From Candidatus Limnocylindria bacterium (GTDB taxonomy: Bacteria > Chloroflexota > Limnocylindria > P2-11E), in contig JBBQVQ010000003.1 in assembly GCA_038211425.1 (NCBI GenBank), forward strand, positions 26,563 through 90,562: 64,000 nucleotides of DNA, given 5' to 3'. The notes below the pieces were generated by a model. It saw nothing but the letters and a program-made list of their open reading frames with translations, ran no database searches and had not been told where the DNA came from. A program made the translations under genes and the position numbers. The stretch's first letter is position 1, and each line of letters starts with the position of its first letter. This document shows, piece after piece, positions 49,653 to 58,705 of this stretch.

Positions 49653-50210
49653 TCAGGCGCGTTCCAGGTACTCCCCGCTGCGGGTATCGACCCTGATCCG
49701 GTCACCTTCCTTCACGAACAGCGGCACGTTCACGCGGAGCCCCGTCTCGAGCGTCGCCGACTTCGTCGCTCCCGTCGCCGTATCCCCCTTGATCCCGAAC
49801 TCGAGGCTCGCGATCTTCAGAACGACCGACGCGGGCAGGTCCACGCCGAGCGCGTCGCCCTCGTACTCGTTGAGCGTCACGGTCATGCCGTCGCTGAGGT
49901 AGTTCACGGCGTCGCCGAGCTGGTCCTCGGCGAGGGCGACCTGGTCGTATGTGGCCGTGTCCATGAAGTGGTAATGGCTCCCGTCGTGGTACATGAACTG
50001 GACCGTGCGATGGTCCATGCGCGCGCGCGCGAATCGCTCGCCCGCCTGGACGGTCTTCTCCACGAGGTCGCCGCGCCGCACATTGCGCAGCTTCATGCGG
50101 ACCTGGGCGCTGCCGCGGCCCATCTTGATGTGCTGGAACTCGACGATCTGATAGAGGATCCCGTCCATCTCGATCGTGATGCCGCGTCTTATCTCGCCTG
50201 TAGAAATCAC
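49653..50210 (-). CDS. efp: elongation factor P
   Basis: 185 aa. The KOW N-terminus contains the conserved modification-loop Lys (KMGRG, K30; EF-P K34 equivalent) but no adjacent Arg. Confidence 0.9.
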   Translation of the reverse strand: MISTGEIRRGITIEMDGILYQIVEFQHIKMGRGSAQVRMKLRNVRRGDLVEKTVQAGERFARARMDHRTVQFMYHDGSHYHFMDTATYDQVALAEDQLGDAVNYLSDGMTVTLNEYEGDALGVDLPASVVLKIASLEFGIKGDTATGATKSATLETGLRVNVPLFVKEGDRIRVDTRSGEYLERA

Positions 50211-50626
50211 TGCTCGTCCTTCCTCGTTCGCTCGATGAGCCAGCGCAGCGCCTCTTCGTAACCGCCGGCGCCCTTCCCGATGACCTGGTGCGCGGTGACG
50301 TCCCGCAGGTAGCTATGGTGCCGGAACGGCTCGCGCGCCGCGATGTCGGAGATGTGCACCTCGACGACCGGGAATGCGCACGCCGCCACGGCGTCACGAA
50401 GCGCGATCGACGTGTGGGCCAGGCCGCCGGGGTTGAGGATCGCACCCTCGGCGCCGGCCTGCTCCTGCAGCAGGTCGATCAAAGCGCCCTCGTGATTCGA
50501 CTGGAAGTCGAGCAGCATGGCGCCCGCCTCGCGCGCGACGTGGCGGCACCGGTCGACGATCTCGCGGAGCGTGGTGGTCCCATACAGCTCCGGCTCGCGC
50601 GTCCCGAGCGTGTTGAGGTTCGGCCC
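50207..50626 (-). CDS. aroQ: type II 3-dehydroquinate dehydratase
   Basis: GTG ~50626. Signatures LLLNGPNLNTLGTREPELYG and HISDI. Confidence 0.85.
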   Translation of the reverse strand, partial: GPNLNTLGTREPELYGTTTLREIVDRCRHVAREAGAMLLDFQSNHEGALIDLLQEQAGAEGAILNPGGLAHTSIALRDAVAACAFPVVEVHISDIAAREPFRHHSYLRDVTAHQVIGKGAGGYEEALRWLIERTRKDEQ

Positions 50627-50703
50627 GTTCAGGAGCAGGTATGCGCTCCTACTCACGCCGCGCCCCTCGAGCGTGCGCGCCGCGCGGCCGAGTCGCCCTC
50701 GGC

Positions 50704-52293
50704 TCACCCCGTGCCGCCCGCGAGCGCGCGGGCCGCGCGTCGCAGCGCCGCGGGCTTCACGTCCGTCACCTCGGCGAATCGCCCGATGCGGCGGGGCAGC
50801 ACCCAGCGCACCGCACCCCTACGCGCCTTCTTGTCGCGGCCGAGGTAGCTCCAGGTGGCACGCGGGACCGCCGTGCGGATGGGCAGCCCGGCCTGCTGGA
50901 GCAGCCGCTCCACCGTCTGGCGCGGCGACGCGGAGGCGAGGTCGAGCTCCTCGGCCAGGGCGCACGCGAACACCATGCCGAGCGCGACCGCCTCGCCGTG
51001 CAGCACGCGGTACGACATCGCGGCCTCGTACGCGTGGCCGAAGGTATGCCCGAAGTTGAGCACCTCGCGCAACCCGCTCTCGCGCTCGTCCCGACCCACG
51101 ATGTCGGCCTTCACGGCCGCGGCCATCGCCACGGCGGCGAGTGTCGCCGGGAGCCGGCCGGCGCGCACATCCGGGAGCGAACGCTCGAGCTGGCCGACCG
51201 ACTCGCGGTCCGCGATGAACGCGCTCTTGATCACCTCGGCGAGGCCGGCGGACACTTGTCGCGGCGGCAACGTGCGCAGCGACGACAGGTCGGCGAGCGT
51301 CGCGTCAGGTGCGTGAAATGCGCCCGCGAGGTTCTTCCCTTCAGGGAGATCGATGCCCGTCTTTCCCCCGATCGACGAGTCGACCATGGCAAGGAGGGTC
51401 GTCGGCAGGTGCGCCAGGCGAACGCCCCGCGCGTACGTGGCCGCCGCGAACCCGGCGAGGTCGCCGACGACACCGCCACCGAGGGCCAGGACGCCCCCAT
51501 CGCGGCCGACACCGGCGCGCGCGATGTCGCTCCAGAGGCGTGCGAGAGAACGGGGGGACTTGGCCCGCTCGCCCGTGCCCACATGCACGAGCGTGCTCGG
51601 GAGGCCCGCCTGGCGCAGTGACGCCATGACGGCTGGGGCGAAGTGCGCCGACGCCATGGCGTCCGCGACCACGGCGGCTTTGCCGGTCCAACCGAGGTCG
51701 CGCAGCCGCGTTCCGACCTCGGCGTGCAGTCCGGCGCGAACGACCACGGCGTAAGGGTGCTCGGCGGCCACGTCGATGCGCACTCCGCGGACCCTGACGA
51801 GCCAGCTGGCGATCCGCTCGGCGACCTCGTCGGGCAGCGCGCCGTCGACGGCGACGCTCTCGTCGACGTCGGCGTACGCCGCGCGCCGTTCGCGCAGGAC
51901 GCGGCGCGCGCGCTCGGGCGCCGGGAGGTCGCCGTACGGGCGCTTGGGCATCGTCGCCGCGATCCCTCGCGTGACGTGCGCGAGGGAGCCGCTCAAGCCC
52001 ACGATCGCGCCGAGCGCCCGCATTCCGTCGCGATTCGGCTCGCGGATGACGGCGCCGCCGCCCGCAGCGACGACGGTCCACGACGGCGACGGACGCAGCC
52101 GCGACAGGACTTCGCTCTCGAGGTCGCGGAAGCGGTCCCAGCCGTCGATCTCGATGATCTCCCTGCAGCTCTTCCGCGCGGCACGCTCGATCTCGGCGTC
52201 GAGCTCGATCGCGCGCGCGCCGAGCCGCGCCGCCAGCAGAGGCGCGACGGTCGACTTCCCCACCCCGGGGGGCCCCACAAGGAATACATGCAT
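50704..52293 (-). CDS. aroKB: bifunctional shikimate kinase / 3-dehydroquinate synthase (AroK-AroB fusion)
   Basis: N-terminal P-loop shikimate kinase (LVGPPGVGKSTV), then a complete DHQ synthase (GGGVVGDLAGF...; NFGHTFGHA) in one uninterrupted 529-aa ORF. Confidence 0.8.
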   Translation of the reverse strand: MHVFLVGPPGVGKSTVAPLLAARLGARAIELDAEIERAARKSCREIIEIDGWDRFRDLESEVLSRLRPSPSWTVVAAGGGAVIREPNRDGMRALGAIVGLSGSLAHVTRGIAATMPKRPYGDLPAPERARRVLRERRAAYADVDESVAVDGALPDEVAERIASWLVRVRGVRIDVAAEHPYAVVVRAGLHAEVGTRLRDLGWTGKAAVVADAMASAHFAPAVMASLRQAGLPSTLVHVGTGERAKSPRSLARLWSDIARAGVGRDGGVLALGGGVVGDLAGFAAATYARGVRLAHLPTTLLAMVDSSIGGKTGIDLPEGKNLAGAFHAPDATLADLSSLRTLPPRQVSAGLAEVIKSAFIADRESVGQLERSLPDVRAGRLPATLAAVAMAAAVKADIVGRDERESGLREVLNFGHTFGHAYEAAMSYRVLHGEAVALGMVFACALAEELDLASASPRQTVERLLQQAGLPIRTAVPRATWSYLGRDKKARRGAVRWVLPRRIGRFAEVTDVKPAALRRAARALAGGTG

Positions 52294-52413
52294 CAGCCAG
52301 GCGCCCCGCGAGGGCGCCCGGATCGCGCCGGTAACGGCCGCATCGGGCGCGAACGACAGGGCGACCCGGCCGCCCGAACGCGTATCAGCCGCATGGCGTG
52401 GGGCGCCTGGCGC

Positions 52414-53559
52414 TCACCTCGCGTCGAGCGGACGCAGCCGCGCGCGGTACCGCTCGACCGAGGCGACCAGGTCGTCGGCGGAGTCCCCGCCGAACTTGTC
52501 GCACAGCGCGTCGGCGAGGACGAACGCGAGCATCGCCTCGCACACCACCCCCGCCGCCGGAACGACGCACACATCGCTCCGCTCGACGTGCGCGGGCGAA
52601 GGCTCGCCGGTGCGCAGATCCGCGGAATCGAGCGGCTTCATGAGCGTCGAGATCGGCTTGAAGGCGACCTCCACGAGGAGGTCCTCGCCGTTGGTCATCC
52701 CGCCCTCAAGGCCGCCCGCGCGGTTCCTGGTGCGCACGAAAGCTCCGTCGCGCACGGCGATCGGATCGTGCACGCTGCTGCCGCGTTCCGTCGCGGCCGT
52801 GAAGGCATCGGCGAACTGCACACCCTTCGCGCTCTGGATCGAGCAGAGCGCCTGCGCGATCCGTCCGTCGAGCCGACGGTCCCATTCCGCGAAGGAGCCG
52901 AGCCCGGGGACCACGCTCGATGCGCGCAGGGCGACGATACCTCCCAGGGTGTCGCCGGCGTCGCGTGCCGCCGAGATGGCGCTGACCATCGCGGCACTGG
53001 AGACACCGTCCGAGCAGCGCACCTCGCTCGCTTCGACTCGGGCGTCGTCGAAGGTTGGCGCACTGCGCACATCGCCGATCGAAGCGGTCTCGCTTCGGAC
53101 CCGGGTGCCGACGAGGGCGAGGAGCGCCTTGGCGACCGCGCCCCCGGCCACGCGCGCCGCGGTCTCCCGCGCGCTGGCGCGTTCGATGACGTCGCGAACG
53201 TCGGTGTGTCCGAATTTCAGCGCCCCAGCGAGGTCGGCGTGGCCCGGCCGCAAGCGGGTCACCGGGGGAGGCGGCTCAGGGACCTCGCTCACGCTCATGA
53301 CGCGCTCCCAGTTCACCGCGTCGCGGTTGTCGATCCATAGTCCGAGAGGTCCGCCCGTGGTGCGGCCCTGGCGTACACCGCCGGTCACGCGCACCGCATC
53401 ACGCTCGATGCGCTGTCGCGCCCCGCGCCCGTACCCGAGTTGGCGGCGCCGCAGGTCGGCGTCGATCTGCTCGGGCGAGAGCGGCAACCCGGAGGGAACG
53501 CCATCGAGGAGCGCGAAGATCCCGGGGCCGTGTGATTCGCCGACGGTGAGCAGCCTCAT
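52414..53559 (-). CDS. aroC: chorismate synthase
   Basis: Internal ATG ~53559 (MRLLTVGESHGPG). ~382 aa. The upstream 155 aa of the track ORF are a shadow. Confidence 0.85.
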   Translation of the reverse strand: MRLLTVGESHGPGIFALLDGVPSGLPLSPEQIDADLRRRQLGYGRGARQRIERDAVRVTGGVRQGRTTGGPLGLWIDNRDAVNWERVMSVSEVPEPPPPVTRLRPGHADLAGALKFGHTDVRDVIERASARETAARVAGGAVAKALLALVGTRVRSETASIGDVRSAPTFDDARVEASEVRCSDGVSSAAMVSAISAARDAGDTLGGIVALRASSVVPGLGSFAEWDRRLDGRIAQALCSIQSAKGVQFADAFTAATERGSSVHDPIAVRDGAFVRTRNRAGGLEGGMTNGEDLLVEVAFKPISTLMKPLDSADLRTGEPSPAHVERSDVCVVPAAGVVCEAMLAFVLADALCDKFGGDSADDLVASVERYRARLRPLDAR

Positions 53560-53632
53560 CGCGCCCCCGGCGGCGAGGAACACGTCGCGTCTCGCAGGGC
53601 CGGCGTATGTACGCCGGTGCTCCGCGGCGGCC

Positions 53633-54460
53633 TCATACCGGTCTCGGCAGCGCGGCGCGCATGGCGTCCTCGACCGCGGGTCCCTCGACACCGGTCCAGA
53701 TGTAGAAGGACAGCGCCGCCTGATACAGCAGCATCGTGAGGCCGTCGACGACCGTGCATCCGGAGGCCCGCGCCCGGCGCACCAGAGGCGCCTCCACCGC
53801 GGTCGGCACGATGTCCACGACCACGAGCCCCGGTCGCAGGGCGACGCCCTCGAGCGCATCTTCGCCGCGGAGCCCGAGCGAGGTCGCGTTGACGAGCACG
53901 TCAGTGGCCGCGAGCCGACCGGCATCGAGCCACGGCGCGACCATAGGGCGCCCGGCCTCAGGGAACGAGGCCGCCAGCCGTTCGGCGCGCTCGCGGGTCC
54001 GGTTCGCCAGCGTGACCTCGGCACCGAAAGCGAGGAGCGCCGGCACGATGGCCGCAGCGGCGCCTCCCGCTCCGAGCACCAGCGCCCGCCGCGCGCGCAC
54101 GTCGATGCCGCTCGCGTGCAGCGCGCGCATGAACCCGGCCTGGTCCGTGTTCCACGCCTGCAATTTCACCCGGTCATCACTCGCATGACGCGAGATCGTG
54201 TTGGCCGCGCCGGTCCGCATCGCGACGCCGTCCCAGGTATCGACGAGCGTCATGACCGCCACCTTGTGCGGGACCGTCACGTTGGCCCCGAGGACCGACG
54301 CCTCGCGCAACCCGTTCACCGCGGACGGAAGCGACCCAGGGGGCACGTCGAGCGCCTCGTAATGGTGCGGCAGCCGCAGCGCGGCGAAGGCGGCGTTGTG
54401 CATCGCGGGCGACAGGGAATGGCTCACGGGGTGCCCGAGGAGGTAGGCCACCGCCATCAC
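53633..54460 (-). CDS. aroE: shikimate dehydrogenase
   Basis: Motif GHPVSHSLSPAMHN and the NAD(P)-binding motif (VLGAGGAAAA). Confidence 0.85.
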   Translation of the reverse strand: MMAVAYLLGHPVSHSLSPAMHNAAFAALRLPHHYEALDVPPGSLPSAVNGLREASVLGANVTVPHKVAVMTLVDTWDGVAMRTGAANTISRHASDDRVKLQAWNTDQAGFMRALHASGIDVRARRALVLGAGGAAAAIVPALLAFGAEVTLANRTRERAERLAASFPEAGRPMVAPWLDAGRLAATDVLVNATSLGLRGEDALEGVALRPGLVVVDIVPTAVEAPLVRRARASGCTVVDGLTMLLYQAALSFYIWTGVEGPAVEDAMRAALPRPV

Positions 54461-55776
54461 CGGTTGCCGTACTTCACGCGATTCGCCTCGTGTTCCTCGA
54501 GCGTCGTCGCGAACGCGTGCTGGCCGGTGCCGTCCCCCTTCGCCACGAAGTAGAAGTACGGAACGCCGGCGGGATGCGCGGCCCCCGCGAGCGCTGCGCT
54601 GCCTGGGTTGCAGATCGGGGTCGGTGGCAGCCCCGCGACCTGGTACGTGTTGTACGGCGACGCGATCTTGAGGTCGTCGAGCGAGAGGTCGCGCCAGTCG
54701 CCGAGCGCGTACTGGATCGTCGGATCGGCGTCGAGCTTCATGTTGATCCGCAACCGATTCGCGTAGACGCCGGCGATGGTCGGGCTCTCCGCGCGATCCT
54801 GCGCCTCGCGCTCGACGAGCGACGCGAGTTTCACGATGTCGTAAACGGTCGTTTTCCGTTCGGCGGCGGCCGCACGCAGCGTCCCTCCCTCGCGCTGCTC
54901 GAAGGTGGCCAGCAGCGAATCCACCAGCTGCGCGGCCGTGGCGTCGGGCCGGAAGAAATACGTGTCCGGGAAAAGATACCCCTCGAGTGAGGCTCCCGGA
55001 GGAAGTCCCGCGAGCACCGCGTTCTTGCGCTCACCCACGACCGCTGCGGCGATGAACGCCTGCGGCGTTATCGCCGGGAAAGATCGGCTGACCGCCGTTG
55101 CGACCTGGGTCAGGCGCCAGCCCTCGATGATCCGCAGCACCGACTGCTCGCCGGGCGCCTTCTCGAAGACCTTCGCGATGTCCCGCGGGGTCAGCGAAGA
55201 GGAGATGCTGTACGTTCCAGATTGGAGCGCGCTCTCGCGCCCGGACTCGTAGAGAACGAACTCGAAAGCCAGCGCCGAGCGGATGAACCCGGCCTCTTTC
55301 AATCGCGAGGCGATGCGACCCGCGGTCTCGCCGCGGTCCACCACGAAAGTCCGCGGGGTGCCCGCAAGATCCGCGGCGAGATCGATGTCCGGTGCGAGGC
55401 GCGGTGCGATCAACGCGCGCACCGTCGGCTGCCGCAGCAGCGTGTCGTGATCGGCGACCAGGCCGACGAGGGAGTCCAGCGCGAGGGGGCGCCCGACCAC
55501 GACCGCCGCCGCACCGAGCGCTATGACCCCGAGAAGGAATGCCAGCGGCCCGCGAGACGATCGCTCCTTCGGAGGACGCGCGCGGCGCGAGCCCGCGCGT
55601 ACCGGCCCGCGGGCGATCTGGGGAGGAAGGTTCAGGCGCGCCTGCCGCGAAGGAAGTCCTCGAGCAGGATCACCGCCGCTCCGGCGTCGAGATCCGGCGC
55701 CCCCCGCGCGATCGCCTCGGCCGTCGTGAAACGCTCGTCGTAGAGCTCGACCGGAAGACCCACGGCGCCGGCGCAC
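54457..55776 (-). CDS. mltG: endolytic murein transglycosylase MltG (YceG family)
   Basis: Basic N-terminus, one TM and the YceG domain. Start as in the track, the only in-frame start, though it overlaps ruvX by ~145 nt. Confidence 0.7.
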   Translation of the reverse strand: MRRRRGSSGRALRRAFHDGRGDRAGGAGSRRRSGGDPARGLPSRQARLNLPPQIARGPVRAGSRRARPPKERSSRGPLAFLLGVIALGAAAVVVGRPLALDSLVGLVADHDTLLRQPTVRALIAPRLAPDIDLAADLAGTPRTFVVDRGETAGRIASRLKEAGFIRSALAFEFVLYESGRESALQSGTYSISSSLTPRDIAKVFEKAPGEQSVLRIIEGWRLTQVATAVSRSFPAITPQAFIAAAVVGERKNAVLAGLPPGASLEGYLFPDTYFFRPDATAAQLVDSLLATFEQREGGTLRAAAAERKTTVYDIVKLASLVEREAQDRAESPTIAGVYANRLRINMKLDADPTIQYALGDWRDLSLDDLKIASPYNTYQVAGLPPTPICNPGSAALAGAAHPAGVPYFYFVAKGDGTGQHAFATTLEEHEANRVKYGNR

Positions 55777-56018
55777 GCGTCTGCGAAGCGCTCGACGCGG
55801 AGCGCCTGCGGGCCGCGCTCGCCGCGCAGTGTGAGCGGAAGCCCGATCACCAGCTGTTCGGCCTCCTCTCGCGCCGCGTGCGCGCGTATGACTGCGAGGT
55901 CCGCTTCGAGGTTCCGCCGGCGGACCGTGGGAAGCGGGCGGACGAGGCCGAACGCGTCCTCACCGACCGCGAGACCGACGCGGCGATCGCCCACGTCGAG
56001 CGCAAGATACCGCACCAC
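55632..56018 (-). CDS. ruvX: Holliday-junction resolvase-like RNase YqgF/RuvX
   Basis: 128 aa, YqgF pattern (YLALDVGDRRVGLAVGE). Confidence 0.85.
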   Translation of the reverse strand: MVRYLALDVGDRRVGLAVGEDAFGLVRPLPTVRRRNLEADLAVIRAHAAREEAEQLVIGLPLTLRGERGPQALRVERFADACAGAVGLPVELYDERFTTAEAIARGAPDLDAGAAVILLEDFLRGRRA

Positions 56019-56019
56019 G

Positions 56020-57481
56020 TCAGGGTGCCACGCTCACCGCCGTACCCACGACCACGTTGATCTTCTGCTCGAGGAGCGGCAGCCGCGGCCACCACACCGG
56101 CCGCGCCTCCACGCTGACCACGCGGATGCGCCGTGGTTCGAGGAGAGGCGCGACCTCGCCGCGCTCTCGTCCGGCGACCGTCGCGGCGATCGTCGCCCGA
56201 TCGACGCGGGTGTGCTCCGTCGTTCGGGCCTTGACGTGCCACACAACGCCCGACTCGGTGATCGCGGGCGCGCCGAGCTCGACGACCGCGCCGTCCCTGT
56301 CGATCTCGTTCTCGGGCTTCGACGCGTCCTGCAGCCTCGCGAGGACCGCGGCGCGCGGCTCGTCCGCCGGTACAGCGAATGCGGTCGCGACGGCGCTCGC
56401 CGCGAGGTCGAACGTCGGCACCTCCTTTCCGACAACGTCGGCGGACGGCGTCTGCGCGCTGATGCGCACGATGACACCAGGCGCGACGGCAGTGCCGATC
56501 GGCGGCGCTCCGCGCCATGTCGTGAGCTGCTTCTCGCCTGCCTCCTGTAGCGCGGGCGGGATCCGCTTGGCGGCCAGGTCGTAGTCCTCCTGTTTCACGA
56601 CGGGGATCGTGGTGCTCTCTCCTCCGGCCGTGGGCGCCGGGTTCGACACGGCGTACGACGCGCTGGGGCTCACGAGGATGCGCCCGGCCGAGACGTTGCC
56701 CCCAGGGCCGGGGTCGACCGCCTCGACCGATACGTCCACGGTGCCGGCGAGGACGGCGAGGACGACGATGAAGCTGCGCGGCAACGTCTTGTCCTCGGTG
56801 GTCGCGAATCTGATGCCATCATTCGTGCGTAACGTCGTGCCCTTCGGTATCGCGATGTCCACCGTCGTCTGGTTGCTGAAGCGGACGCTTCCCGTCGCCT
56901 TCGTCGCGTCGACACGCGATCCGGTGGCGGCGCCCGTGACCGTCACGTTCACGGTCGCGACCAGGCTCTGCGCGGGAACTCCCGCGCCGGCGCCGGCGCG
57001 CACGTCGAATTCGAGCGGCCCGGTGACGAATGCGGTCGGAGCGATGGTCACCGTCGCCTCGGGCACGACAAGCCCCAGAACGAGCGCCGACACGGCCATT
57101 GCCGCCGCGAGAACGGCGACGCTCCGGCGGATCGCGCGCGCGCGACGCGCCGCCGCGGCGGGATCGTAGCGGCGCCTCTGTCCGAGCCGTTCCGTCGGGT
57201 CGAGCTCGCCGCGCTCGAGCGCCGCGATGGTCGAGTACGCCGGGACGCCAGCGCCCGAGGCCACCGCTCGCGCCCGCGCATCCGCGCTCACCAGCGCGAC
57301 CCTTCGGCCGCCGGCGCGCCTGCGCGCGACCTCGAGGAAGACAGCGTTACGCCCGAACGGAGCCCCGGGCGGGATGCTGAGGACGAGGTCGGCGTCGGGT
57401 GCGGCCGCGGCGATACGGTCGACGACGTCGAGCACCGTGGCGCTCGGATCGCACTCGATGATCGTGCGGGCGCTCAACCGG
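56020..57481 (-). CDS. hypothetical bitopic membrane protein (cytoplasmic N-domain, TM, large Ala/Thr/Val-rich extracytoplasmic region)
   Basis: Track ORF 56020..57849. A TTG ~57481 start is suggested because upstream residues are Arg/Ser-rich junk. TM helix SVAVLAAAMAVSALVLGLVV. Confidence 0.5.
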
Positions 57482-57622
57482 CATCCCCCGCGCGTGGACC
57501 GGCGAAAGGCCGACGCGCACACGGCGGCGTTCGTTCCCGCCGGTCCCACGGCGGCGCGCTCCGGGGTGGAACTGGGTGGGCGGCGGGCGGATCCGGCTCG
57601 CGACCGATCGCCGTGCGCGCGC

Positions 57623-58705
57623 TCACGCGTACACCCCAGCGGCGAGCGCGGCCGCGCCCGCTGCGACGAGGTCGTCCGCGTGCAGCGGAGCGTCGGTCGC
57701 GACGCGCGTCGCCAATGTCGGGCGGAGCGGCGCGATGTCGGCCGGGCCGCCGCGGATCGCGGCGATCTCATCGGCGAGCGCCCGCGGCAACATGAGCAGC
57801 GTCTCGGGGATGCCGACGAAGTACCAGCGCCCGGGGGGCGGACCCTCAAGAGCCGGATCCGGCGTGGTCACGCAGCTCGCCCACGCGCGCGCGTCCCGCT
57901 CGCGGGCCTCGTGCGGACGCGAGCGCAGCGCGTCGCGGCCGAGCGCGAAGACGCGCGTCGCGACGACACGCCCATCGCGCACGATCGCGTACGCGGTCAC
58001 GTCGGCGCCCAGCCGAAGGACGCCGCCCTCGACCAGGCCCGACTCCGCGAGGAGCCGTCCCAGCGCGTACGCGCCCGAGGTGACGGTGGCGTGGCGCTTC
58101 GCGCCCTCGGCGCTCGCCGCCGCGGCGGCCGACTGTACCAGCGGCGCGAGCGCGACGTCGGTGCGGATCTCGACCGTGCGCCCGCGATAACCGACCAGCG
58201 TCGGGAGGCGCCTTCCGTCGAGCAGCAGGCCCGCGACGTCATCCCGAAGCTGCACGAGCGCGATGCCGCGCAGCGATGGGTCGCCCTCCGCGGCCACGCG
58301 GGCCGCCGTCGCCGCCTCCTCCTTCGCCTCGCTCACCGCGCGCTCGAGTTCGCCCTCCGCGATGGCCGTTCGCTGGTCCGTTCGTTCCAAGACCGTCGCC
58401 CCGTGATGCGTCCGCACGTCGTCCCCGTCGATGGCGATGACGATCCGCTCCGCGTGGTCACCCTTCTCGGCGTTGCCGAGGGCGGAGGCGACCGCCGCGG
58501 CGGCGGCGCGGCGATCCGCGACCTGTCCGCTCGCGATCGCGCCCGGAGCCATGGGAGCGAGCGCCGAGGCGGAGACGCGCAGACGCCCGTCGTCGCGCTG
58601 CGCCACGACGACGCGGGCGCCGGAGGCCGCGAGCTCGATACCGGCGACCGTCCGGCGGCGCTCGCGGTCGCCCCGCCGGGGGTCCCGGTTAGGTCCCGCC
58701 ACCAC
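57623..58705 (-). CDS. hypothetical protein (possibly actin-like ATPase / PilM-FtsA-like fold)
   Basis: 360-aa track ORF. The N-terminus (TVAGIELAASGARVVVAQRDDG...) faintly resembles actin-like PilM/FtsA proteins. Low-confidence fold guess. Confidence 0.4.
   Translation of the reverse strand: MVAGPNRDPRRGDRERRRTVAGIELAASGARVVVAQRDDGRLRVSASALAPMAPGAIASGQVADRRAAAAAVASALGNAEKGDHAERIVIAIDGDDVRTHHGATVLERTDQRTAIAEGELERAVSEAKEEAATAARVAAEGDPSLRGIALVQLRDDVAGLLLDGRRLPTLVGYRGRTVEIRTDVALAPLVQSAAAAASAEGAKRHATVTSGAYALGRLLAESGLVEGGVLRLGADVTAYAIVRDGRVVATRVFALGRDALRSRPHEARERDARAWASCVTTPDPALEGPPPGRWYFVGIPETLLMLPRALADEIAAIRGGPADIAPLRPTLATRVATDAPLHADDLVAAGAAALAAGVYA

Noticed and set aside
51776-54553. A 925-aa plus-strand ORF across aroK/B, aroC and aroE.
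   Set aside because: It is Ser/Arg/Ala-rich junk antisense to three well-supported shikimate-pathway genes.
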